Part shown: positions 50,165 to 58,813 of the stretch, piece by piece
Layout of the letters: every line of letters starts with the position of its first letter
How positions within the stretch are numbered: position 1 is the stretch's first letter
Source of the DNA: Pseudomonadota bacterium
Lineage (GTDB): Bacteria; Bdellovibrionota_B; Oligoflexia; Silvanigrellales; Silvanigrellaceae
Reading direction: 5' to 3'
DNA: 64,000 nt
Assembly: GCA_039799905.1 (NCBI GenBank)
Contig: JBDLRP010000046.1
Location: forward strand, 1-64,000
Notes under the pieces: model-generated
What the model was told of the DNA's origin: nothing
Seen by the model: the letters and a program-made list of their open reading frames with translations, nothing else
Database searches by the model: none
Program-made: the position numbers and the translations under genes

Positions 50165-51937
50165 TTAAAGAATCTCTTCCCATCGAAGACTCGTAGCAAA
50201 TGCGGCGTTAATTAAGCCCACATGTGAATAACATTGAGGGAAATTTCCTGTTTGCCGCCCTCTTTCAACATCATAGTGCTCCGAAAAAAGCCCTAGATGA
50301 TTTGCCGCTCGAATCGACCGTGCCAGCATCTCACGCGCCTCGTCTGTACCACCCAATCTTGAAAGAGCCTCTATGAGCCAGAAACTGCACACCAAAAAGG
50401 CGTGTTTAGGGTCTCCAAAGTCATCGAAACGTCGATATCGATAAACAAATACTCGAAGCTCAGAGTCGGGCTCCTGAATTCCCAATTGCTGTTTCAGATA
50501 TGAAACCGTCTCAAGACAGATGCTGGATGATGGAAAACGCAGGATCGGCAACAGTAACATTGCCGCGTCAGGGGATGGATCTTCCGGGCTGTTGTACATC
50601 ACATCGTTTGAAGATGAAGAAATAACAGCTGCAACCGCTTCATTGCACCACCGCTGGGCTTGCTCAAGGTTACCCTGGATTCGTCCGGATTTCAAAAGCC
50701 TGACATATCGGTCGAGACCAGCCCACGACATCAGAAGGGTAAAGGAATGAATCTTCCAACCATTCCGATGTTCCCAAAGCCCTGCATCCTTCTCCTTCAA
50801 AGCTCTATGAGCTCTTTCCGCAAGCTTCTGAAACAGTACATTATACTTTTCCGCACGCAGATCGCTGAATCTGTCATCAAAGTAAATAGGAGCGAGAATT
50901 AGCAATATTTCGCCATAAACATCATTCTGAACGTGTTCAGCAGCCTGATTACCTGTTCTTACTGGTTGGCTTCCGGCATACCCACGCCAACTGGAATGCT
51001 CCACTTCAGGCAAAGGCAGGGAGCCATCCAAGCGATAGACAGGTCGGAGATCAAATTGTGACTCAGCCGTCACGACATTGCCGATGAATCGTAGAAGTCC
51101 TTCGAGCTCTTCATAATGCCCGAGGCGATAGAGAGCCGACACGGTGAAACATGCGTCTCTGAGCCAACAATAGCGATAGTCCCAATTTCGAACACCACCG
51201 AACTCTTCAGGTAGGCTCGTCGTTATGGACGCAAGAATTGCACCTGTGTCTTCATAGCAATGTAGCTTTAACGCAAGAGCAGAACGAATAGACTGTTGCT
51301 GAAACTCGCTTGGGATAGAGCAATGCTTAATCCAAGAATACCAGTAATGACGTGTCTTTAATTCAAATAATTCACAAGTGTTTGCAAGATTCTCCTCAAT
51401 GGGAAGACCCCACGTCAGAGCAAAATAATAGGTTTGAGATATCTCAGTGGGTGTTGAGTCAATTAGATAGGTCAATGGAAGATTCGTGGAAAGCCGCAGC
51501 TCGTCTTCCAGACCCATGTACTGGAGATGGCTGTTCCCCCGCCGTTGAGTCAAGGGCTCCTTGCTCCAGCCCATTGTTGGTCTGCAAGCAACAATCATGC
51601 GTGGCCGCCCAGAGATGACTCTTACAATCCGAATCAAAATTGACGGGCGGTAATAGCGACCAAATTGTTCAAAGCGAGGAGAAAAATCGGTAACGGAAAA
51701 GGAATTTCCATTGCCGTCGGAAAAGACCGTCTCGAGAATATTTGTATTCTCTATGTATCTCTGTTCAGACGAACCTTCTCCGGCAGCTGAGATACGGAAG
51801 TAGCCAGCATCTGAATCAAGCATTTTTGAAAACATGGGAGGGGAGTCTGGACGCGGCATACAGCACCAGTCAATTGATCCCTCATTGCTGACGAGCGCAG
51901 AAACCTGACAGTTACCAATTAGGCCATAGTTATACAT
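50165..51937 (-). CDS. Glycoside hydrolase family 15 (trehalase/glucoamylase-like)
   Basis: GLIGNCQ; TTSLPE..GG.RNWDYRYCWLRD; GLWE; GLFSE; GNFPQ.YSH. Confidence 0.92.
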   Translation of the reverse strand: MYNYGLIGNCQVSALVSNEGSIDWCCMPRPDSPPMFSKMLDSDAGYFRISAAGEGSSEQRYIENTNILETVFSDGNGNSFSVTDFSPRFEQFGRYYRPSILIRIVRVISGRPRMIVACRPTMGWSKEPLTQRRGNSHLQYMGLEDELRLSTNLPLTYLIDSTPTEISQTYYFALTWGLPIEENLANTCELFELKTRHYWYSWIKHCSIPSEFQQQSIRSALALKLHCYEDTGAILASITTSLPEEFGGVRNWDYRYCWLRDACFTVSALYRLGHYEELEGLLRFIGNVVTAESQFDLRPVYRLDGSLPLPEVEHSSWRGYAGSQPVRTGNQAAEHVQNDVYGEILLILAPIYFDDRFSDLRAEKYNVLFQKLAERAHRALKEKDAGLWEHRNGWKIHSFTLLMSWAGLDRYVRLLKSGRIQGNLEQAQRWCNEAVAAVISSSSNDVMYNSPEDPSPDAAMLLLPILRFPSSSICLETVSYLKQQLGIQEPDSELRVFVYRYRRFDDFGDPKHAFLVCSFWLIEALSRLGGTDEAREMLARSIRAANHLGLFSEHYDVERGRQTGNFPQCYSHVGLINAAFATSLRWEEIL

Positions 51938-52001
51938 ATCCAGCTTAGCCCTCAAATCTTCTTACGTATGCAGTTACCTAGGCCCCCTAGGTTCAAAAAA
52001 A

Positions 52002-52778
52002 TCAATTGTGGTCGACTGCTGCAAGAAAAAAATCCAATAGACACTCAATGTCTTCCTGCTTGTGAAGATAGTATGAGGCAGAAAGAGGGGAGTCGAAGCC
52101 GACCTTGACAGAAAAAATGTCTGGGGACTTATCCAAAAAGACAACCTCATCGGTCACATCATCACCAATGAAAAACGCTCTTCCTCTAGAGAGTGTTCGC
52201 ATTAAATCATGAAGTGCATCAAGTTTATTTGGCAGACCGTTCGGAACTAGGTTAATTACTCGCTTGCCGAGAACGAATCTGGCTTCAGGCGCGAGACTTC
52301 GAATTTCAGCAATCAGCGATGTGAATTGAGGTGACGACTTGACTTCTCGGTAATGAATTGAAAGAGAGTACTTCTTATCCTCAATCCAAAGTCGGTTTCT
52401 TCGATACCTCTGCGTTACAACACTGAGAGCCTCCAACCATTTGCGGGTTGAATTGAATGCCCCTTCAAGGTTCTCTCCCGACACACGAGAGTGCCCTTCA
52501 AAACCATGGCTCCCAACAACGACACTGATAGAATTTGGCAACCTCGGCCGAACATCTGAAATTGAGCGCCCTGTCAAAACCACCACTTTAGAGCGTCTGG
52601 CTAACTCATCCAGCTTTTTATACGCCGAGGGTGCCATAAATACCGAGTTTGGCTCGTCTATTATGGCCGCTAGTGTTCCATCGAAATCAAAAGCAAACAA
52701 TGGAGCTTTATCTTTGGAAAGAAACTCTAGCAGGTCAAATCTTGCGGATTCAGAGAGAATATCTTGACTCTGTTCCAT
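52002..52778 (-). CDS. otsB: Trehalose-6-phosphate phosphatase
   Basis: HAD motifs DFDGTL, TGR, GSHG, SIHYR, GDDVTDE. Confidence 0.9.
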   Translation of the reverse strand: MEQSQDILSESARFDLLEFLSKDKAPLFAFDFDGTLAAIIDEPNSVFMAPSAYKKLDELARRSKVVVLTGRSISDVRPRLPNSISVVVGSHGFEGHSRVSGENLEGAFNSTRKWLEALSVVTQRYRRNRLWIEDKKYSLSIHYREVKSSPQFTSLIAEIRSLAPEARFVLGKRVINLVPNGLPNKLDALHDLMRTLSRGRAFFIGDDVTDEVVFLDKSPDIFSVKVGFDSPLSASYYLHKQEDIECLLDFFLAAVDHN

Positions 52779-52793
52779 TATAAATTTCGCACC

Positions 52794-55073
52794 TCATGAG
52801 AATGATGCAAATCGTTTCTCAAACACAGAACGCCTTCTCACCAGCGCAGCATCCAGCAACATCTTCCCAGCCCACCGAAAGATATTAAACTCTCGAACAT
52901 GCGCCCTCATCGCATGCAACCGCTCTCTCTGCTCCTGAGCAGGCATAGTGAGAGCGGCAAGTATGGCCGCCGCGCTTTGGTCGACGTCATATGGATTCAC
53001 AATTAATGACTCTGTGAGTTCTCTCGAAGCACCAGCAAACATACTCAACAGAAGAACACCTTGCTCGTCCTCTCGAGCCGCGACAAATTCCTTGGAAACC
53101 AAATTCATGCCGTCATGGAGACTGGACACATACATCAGATTTGTCGCACGCATATACGTGTAAACTGACTTTGGCTCATGGTGCTCAGCGAGCAATATCA
53201 AAGGTGGCACAGCCGCAGTTGTGAACCTGCCGTTAATGGCTCTCGCAAGCTCATGCACCTCAGCCTCAAAACTCTGATACGCAGCAATCGTGCTTCTCGA
53301 GGGAGCCGCAATCTGAATGAAGGTAAATTTCCCAACCCATTGAGGATTCAATTCAAGAAAACGTTCAACACTTCTGAAGCGCTCGAGAATCCCCTTTGAA
53401 TAATCAAGACGATCAACTCCGAGACCAATTTTGATATCTGCTGAGAGATTGTGTTTTGACCTAACAGATTCTAAGCAATCCTCAGCAGATTCAACGAACC
53501 TCATCAAGTTGGGTGGCCACTCGATTGAAATGGGATAAGCTTTGACCAGACAGTTTCCACCCCTCGTGTGAATTGAGGAGTTTTCGCGATCAATGCGAGA
53601 CTCCAGATATCTGTCGATACTGTCGAGAAAATTATTGCGATGGAAGCGAGTGTGAAAACCAACAATGCTACTCCCTAGGACACCATCAAGGAGTTGCTCT
53701 CGCCATGGGCAGATACCGAATGCCTCTGGATTTGGCCATGGGATGTGCCAGAAAGTAATGATGGTCGCATTGGGCAATTTTCTTCGAATGAGCCGTGGCA
53801 CGAGAGCCAAATGATAGTCCTGTACCAGAACAATAGGCGAATCACTCTTGGAAGAGGCGATCACAGCCTCAGCGAACTTCTCATTCGCCCTCACATATTG
53901 TTCCCAATCTATTGCTCTGAAAATCGGACGCGTATGCGCAATGTGGCAGAGAGGCCACAGACCTTCATTTGAAAATCCGTAGTAGTAGCCCTCTTCCTCC
54001 TCAGCAGTTAACCAAACCCTCTTTAGTTTGTACTCTGGGGCATCTGGCGGGACCATCACGCAGTCCTGCGCATCGACGAAGTTTCTGTCTTCATTCCCAT
54101 TTCCATGAGCAATCCAAGTACCACCACAGGCACGCAAAATTGGCTCGAGCGCAGTCACGAGGCCCGACGCCGGAAATAGAACTCTAACGGCATCTCCAAA
54201 CCTTTGGTGGATGTAGGGCTGGCGATTGCTCACAACAATCACTTCACTCCCAGCCAACTCATCATTGATAATGTTCTTTAAACTCTGCGCAGACCAAGCG
54301 AGCTGCAAGTCATCTCTGATGGCTCTGTTTGCCTGTAGATCTCGCATCATCGAGCGAACATCACTCAGCAGCGGCTCGAGCTCGACATTTGACGGCTTAC
54401 CCGTTTCCTCCTCGCGGTGCGAGTTTGTGAGTTGCGACAATGTATCCCGTGCACTTTTGATCCAGCCCCGGTAACTCCAACGAGAAACCAACACCGTCAC
54501 TACTGCAATGAAAATTCCAAGAACTAGATAGACGAGAAACATGAGAACACGAAGTTCCTTGAATCTCTTTTGAGCAAACTCCATGTCATGGATCAGAATC
54601 ATTTGTGCGGACATGGAACCGTCTGACTTGCTTTCTGAACCAGCGTCGCTGACCTTCTGAAATGTTAGGGGTGCCACTGATACGTTATAGGTACCGGTTG
54701 CACGTTCGATATTAAGCGGCTTGTATGAGCCAACATCCAGAAACGCCTGACAGGACAGTTCGGTTGGGAACAGATGAGTCGACTCTACCCGAGTGCCTGC
54801 TTGACATATAGCAATTGCAAAAACCCTCTCGCTTTGGGAAATTCTTCTGAGAACTTCCTGACGACGATTCTTTCCTTGCTTGGTTGTGTCGAACATTGCC
54901 TCCGACATACTCTGCTCAATGGCGTCCGCAACAATTTTGCTTCTTACCTCTGCATCACGCTCGAACCATCGCGAGGTCACAAATTGAATGAGTGGCAGAC
55001 TTCCCCACGCAATAAGGGCAAGGATAAGGAGCAATGGAAATGAAAACTTAATCGCATTTTTCAAAATGAGCAC
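52794..55073 (-). CDS. otsA: Trehalose-6-phosphate synthase with N-terminal TM-extracytoplasmic-TM extension
   Basis: GT20 motifs VSNRQP, SGLV.AL, QDYHL, WHIPWP, VDRLDYSKG, DGMNLV.KE; two TM helices in the first ~200 aa. Confidence 0.92.
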   Translation of the reverse strand: MLILKNAIKFSFPLLLILALIAWGSLPLIQFVTSRWFERDAEVRSKIVADAIEQSMSEAMFDTTKQGKNRRQEVLRRISQSERVFAIAICQAGTRVESTHLFPTELSCQAFLDVGSYKPLNIERATGTYNVSVAPLTFQKVSDAGSESKSDGSMSAQMILIHDMEFAQKRFKELRVLMFLVYLVLGIFIAVVTVLVSRWSYRGWIKSARDTLSQLTNSHREEETGKPSNVELEPLLSDVRSMMRDLQANRAIRDDLQLAWSAQSLKNIINDELAGSEVIVVSNRQPYIHQRFGDAVRVLFPASGLVTALEPILRACGGTWIAHGNGNEDRNFVDAQDCVMVPPDAPEYKLKRVWLTAEEEEGYYYGFSNEGLWPLCHIAHTRPIFRAIDWEQYVRANEKFAEAVIASSKSDSPIVLVQDYHLALVPRLIRRKLPNATIITFWHIPWPNPEAFGICPWREQLLDGVLGSSIVGFHTRFHRNNFLDSIDRYLESRIDRENSSIHTRGGNCLVKAYPISIEWPPNLMRFVESAEDCLESVRSKHNLSADIKIGLGVDRLDYSKGILERFRSVERFLELNPQWVGKFTFIQIAAPSRSTIAAYQSFEAEVHELARAINGRFTTAAVPPLILLAEHHEPKSVYTYMRATNLMYVSSLHDGMNLVSKEFVAAREDEQGVLLLSMFAGASRELTESLIVNPYDVDQSAAAILAALTMPAQEQRERLHAMRAHVREFNIFRWAGKMLLDAALVRRRSVFEKRFASFS

Positions 55074-55267
55074 CCTTGCGAGAAGTCATTGGAATCAAAA
55101 AGACAACGTACCGAAAACAGGCTATTACCATAGCAGATAAAAAGCATAGACAATCGATATATAGATTTAGTGAATCTCAGAATTAGCTATTTTAAATACG
55201 AATTTGAAGGTGGAGGGATAATAGCTCGACCACCCGGTAGCTCAAGGATTCACATTGCATTTCAAAT

Positions 55268-56188
55268 TCAAACACTGGGAGCATTAAGTCTGCTGGAAAT
55301 TGTCCTAAATAGTCTTCTGGTATTTTCAGCATCTCGCGCGGCGACGACAACAGTAGACTTCCAAAGCCCCGCCTTAGGACCAAATAGCTCAACTCGTTTC
55401 AGCCTGCTCGCATCCTCTGCATAAAGTCCTGGCACGAAACCAAAACCAATGCCCTCTGCAATGGCGCGAATGACCGCCGAAAGCGAAGAACTTTCGAAAC
55501 ATAATCGCTTTTTAATAAACTGTCGGGTCAAAAACAAATCGGTTTCCTCTCGTAATCGAAGACCAGAGCTCGGCAAAACCAAATCAAAAGGCAACAGATC
55601 GATAGCACGAACTAATTCAGCAATGGAGTCTATATTTTTTTTTCGCATATATGACGAGGCGGTGCCATATTGCAAAGCCAAAAAAACAGGCAACTCGAAA
55701 CGTCGGACTATGATCGAATGACCAGAAATCTTCATATCCGGCAGAAACACAGCATCAAGACTACCTTTGGAAAGCAACATTCGCGCATCATCCGATGAAC
55801 AACGAATCAACTTCATTGCGTCAGAGGCACTCTGCGTTTTTCTATTCAGGTGCTCACACAACAGGTCCGCAACAAATGGAAATTCAATATCATCCGACAC
55901 CCCCACCATTAAATTCGACTCTGCGCCTATCGGCTGCGACGAGGCAATTTCCTGTATCTTCGCAGCGTGATTAAAGATCTCCGTGGTAATTGAAAAAATT
56001 TTTTGACCAACAGGTGTCAACTTCAACTCGCGGCCCGTTCTTACAAATAACGGCGCAGACAAGCTCTTTTCAAAATCTCGAAGTTGAGTACTTATAGACG
56101 GCTGGGACAACCCAAGTGATCTCGCCGCTGCAGTGATACTGCCAGCCGAGGCGACACAGTGAAAATAATATAGATGGTTAAAGTTCAT
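55268..56188 (-). CDS. LysR-family regulator, NhaR-like (paralog of 43240..44169)
   Basis: NFNHLYYF HTH; shares PLFVRTGR.LKLTP.G, FESSS and GPK.G.WKS with the other LysR. Confidence 0.88.
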   Translation of the reverse strand: MNFNHLYYFHCVASAGSITAAARSLGLSQPSISTQLRDFEKSLSAPLFVRTGRELKLTPVGQKIFSITTEIFNHAAKIQEIASSQPIGAESNLMVGVSDDIEFPFVADLLCEHLNRKTQSASDAMKLIRCSSDDARMLLSKGSLDAVFLPDMKISGHSIIVRRFELPVFLALQYGTASSYMRKKNIDSIAELVRAIDLLPFDLVLPSSGLRLREETDLFLTRQFIKKRLCFESSSLSAVIRAIAEGIGFGFVPGLYAEDASRLKRVELFGPKAGLWKSTVVVAARDAENTRRLFRTISSRLNAPSV

Positions 56189-56424
56189 GGCCTACCGTTA
56201 TTCCCTTTACCGTCAAACCGTACGAGCCGTCGTGAGCATCAAACTAGAGCGAGATCTATGCCGCTCTTGCCATTTGCACTTTCCCTCACGTGTATCGAAT
56301 CTCTGTTCGCGATAGATCGTTGCAGCAATGTCCCCGCACACTCCCATATCTAGCTGCGTGAAATGCCAGATTCACCCGACGGCAGGATGAACATCATTGA
56401 GGCTCGGGCGAACTCAGTGGAATA

Positions 56425-56841
56425 TCACTTCGACTTCCACAATAACGAATCGAGAGAATAGCGTCCCGGCCCCGAGAACATCAAACCCACATATGCAGCA
56501 AGATAGGCCAGAGCGAGTTCCTGCTTTTGAAAGGGATCTTGCCCATGAATAACAAAAGCTGCGACAAACATCGTAACCACAAGCGGAATAAGTGCTAGCC
56601 TGAAGATCAACCCCGCTGCAACAGCCATGGCACAGGCAAATTCCGCAAAAACTGCCATTGCTAAAGATGCAGGACTCCCGATTCCAAAAGGATCCGGAAA
56701 AGTGTTTTGAATTTCGGAAAATCGCTGCAATTTGGGAAGGCCATGTGCCAGCAACATCGTGATTCCAAAAAAGCACCGGAAAACCAGAAGACTTAGATCA
56801 ACTGATGAAGACTTAAAAAACACGTCTCTCAAACTAGGCAT
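56425..56841 (-). CDS. DoxX-family membrane protein
   Basis: R...G..ML.HG..K; FPDPFGIG; AEF; GPGRYSLD. Confidence 0.9.
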   Translation of the reverse strand: MPSLRDVFFKSSSVDLSLLVFRCFFGITMLLAHGLPKLQRFSEIQNTFPDPFGIGSPASLAMAVFAEFACAMAVAAGLIFRLALIPLVVTMFVAAFVIHGQDPFQKQELALAYLAAYVGLMFSGPGRYSLDSLLWKSK

Positions 56842-56892
56842 TAGCTCTCTCCATCTCCTGTAAACTCTTTTTTTTCAGAAATTGAAGATTTC

Positions 56893-57840
56893 TCAGCTCT
56901 CAAAGAACTCCTCAAGCTTATCGAGTGAACCGCTCCATCCTTGTGACATACTGGATCTGCCCATGAGAAATGTCTCGAGTTCTGATTGGGACCAGTCACC
57001 CGTGACTTCCCATTGCAGTGTCACGCGCGTTCCACCTTGCTTTTCCTCAGTGAAAGTAATTGTGGTCAGCATATTTTGTGGCCACGTAGGAGCGAGCGGA
57101 TGACGTGCTGGATTCCCTTGTTCATCGGCAAATTGCTGAACATACACCAGGCGATGCGGATGCAACACTTGCAGATACTGAACAGTCCCGTACATGACGT
57201 CATCGCCAAAGGGCATGCGATAAAAAGCCTTCCCGCCGGCTCTGATGTCAACGTTTATATACTCCAACTGTGCGCCTACAGGCCCACTCCATGCCACCAG
57301 TTGTTCGGGGTTCGTCCAGGCCTTGAACATGGCATGTAAGCCAACATTGAAGGAGCGACTGATCACAAATATCTCTTTGCCAGATGCCTGCTTTTCCAAG
57401 TATTCAGCCAAACGGTCCCACGTTGTGTTTCCTTGGTACTCTTTGATTGCCCTTATTGACTCTTCCGCAGCTTCGACGGTGGGAAAAGTCATGGTCAATT
57501 CAAGCTGAGTTTGCCGACCCACCTCGCTGAAGAGCGCCTGCGTTCGAAAGTGCGGCTCGTGATTGTCGGGAGCTCCATGGCTGTATACAAGGCGCTTCCT
57601 ATCTTCAATTTCTGAGAAGACGATCTTGTTGGGAAACTCCAATCCATCAGCGGTGCGCATTGTGAAGAGCCAAAAACCGTCAACAGCAAATTCATGGCTC
57701 TTGGTCACTGTGTTTGTATTTCGAGGCCCCCACCACTGATCAAGCTGATGAGGATTTGTCCAGGCGGCCCAAACAGACGACAACGAAGCATTATACAGAC
57801 GAGTGATCTTCAACTCCAACGGATTGCCTTTTGTAAGCAC
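56893..57840 (-). CDS. Tandem SRPBCC/AHSA1-domain protein
   Basis: Two repeats of VW.AWT.P..L..W.GP, ending W...LDKL. Confidence 0.88.
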   Translation of the reverse strand: MLTKGNPLELKITRLYNASLSSVWAAWTNPHQLDQWWGPRNTNTVTKSHEFAVDGFWLFTMRTADGLEFPNKIVFSEIEDRKRLVYSHGAPDNHEPHFRTQALFSEVGRQTQLELTMTFPTVEAAEESIRAIKEYQGNTTWDRLAEYLEKQASGKEIFVISRSFNVGLHAMFKAWTNPEQLVAWSGPVGAQLEYINVDIRAGGKAFYRMPFGDDVMYGTVQYLQVLHPHRLVYVQQFADEQGNPARHPLAPTWPQNMLTTITFTEEKQGGTRVTLQWEVTGDWSQSELETFLMGRSSMSQGWSGSLDKLEEFFES

Positions 57841-57890
57841 AGTCCCACCTCTCGTATCACATTTTTATAAACGTTCAGTGCTGATTTGAT

Positions 57891-58802
57891 TCAAGCAGAA
57901 ACAGCCGCACCCACTTTCGCTGAATCACGCGCCAAAGCCTCTCGCGTTGAGTTCTTTCGATACAACAGGGTGATTGCCGAGCTCGTCAGCACAATGAACA
58001 GGCTGTAGAGCACTGGTATTAAGAGTACCTGCTGCTGCTGTTCACCTTTGAAGGTGACGGTAACGATCAGCACTGCCAAAGGGCCATTTTGTATGCCAGT
58101 TTCGAGGCTGATAGTACGCGAACGGTTGTTGTCTTGCTTTAGCAGCCGCGCAAGCCAATAGCCACAAAGCATGCCGATTAAGCCAAGACCGATGGCTGCA
58201 AAGAACACAGGCCAAGGTGTGGTCAGCAGTAATTGGTAATTCCGCGGCACCCAAGAGCCAATCAAAAAGATGATCACAAAGACACCAAGGAGAGAACCAA
58301 CCAATTCAATCGTCGCACCGATATTCGGATTTGTTTTGCGCAGGATCATACCGATAACGGTGGGTACCAGCAGCACAACAAGGACCTGTGCCACATTCGC
58401 CGCAGGAATCGCGAACTCACCCGACAGACCTGCCAAACCTGTGTAAAAAGCAATAAGCGACGGCACAGCGACCACTGCAACCAGCGTAGAAACACTGGTC
58501 ATCATAATCGACAGCGCCAGCGAACCTTTGCTGAAATACGTGAAGATGTTTGACGTGGTTCCACCTGGCATGCAGGCAATCAAGATGACGCCAACGGCGA
58601 GTGCAGGAGGCATGCCCAGCAAAACGGCCAACAGATATCCCAAGAAAGGCATAATACCGTATTGGCACAAGAGCCCCACGAGAACGCCTTTCGGTTTCCT
58701 GAAAGCAATGAGGAAATCACGAAACGTCAGGCTTGCGCCCATGCCGAGCATAATGACCATCATCAGTATGCCCAAAAGTTTGGTTTCTGCTTCTGACAAC
58801 AT
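57891..58802 (-). CDS. Bile acid:Na+ symporter (BASS/SLC10) family transporter
   Basis: MLGMG; QYGIMP; PGGTTSN; ETGIQN. Confidence 0.92.
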   Translation of the reverse strand: MLSEAETKLLGILMMVIMLGMGASLTFRDFLIAFRKPKGVLVGLLCQYGIMPFLGYLLAVLLGMPPALAVGVILIACMPGGTTSNIFTYFSKGSLALSIMMTSVSTLVAVVAVPSLIAFYTGLAGLSGEFAIPAANVAQVLVVLLVPTVIGMILRKTNPNIGATIELVGSLLGVFVIIFLIGSWVPRNYQLLLTTPWPVFFAAIGLGLIGMLCGYWLARLLKQDNNRSRTISLETGIQNGPLAVLIVTVTFKGEQQQQVLLIPVLYSLFIVLTSSAITLLYRKNSTREALARDSAKVGAAVSA

Positions 58803-58813
58803 GGCTTGTTTCC

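Larger units (their letters stand above)
36150..56200. other. AT-richer island enriched in ion/osmotic homeostasis genes
   Basis: Visible drop in GC and loss of long antisense shadow ORFs relative to the flanks; boundaries approximate; no mobility gene seen. Confidence 0.55.
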
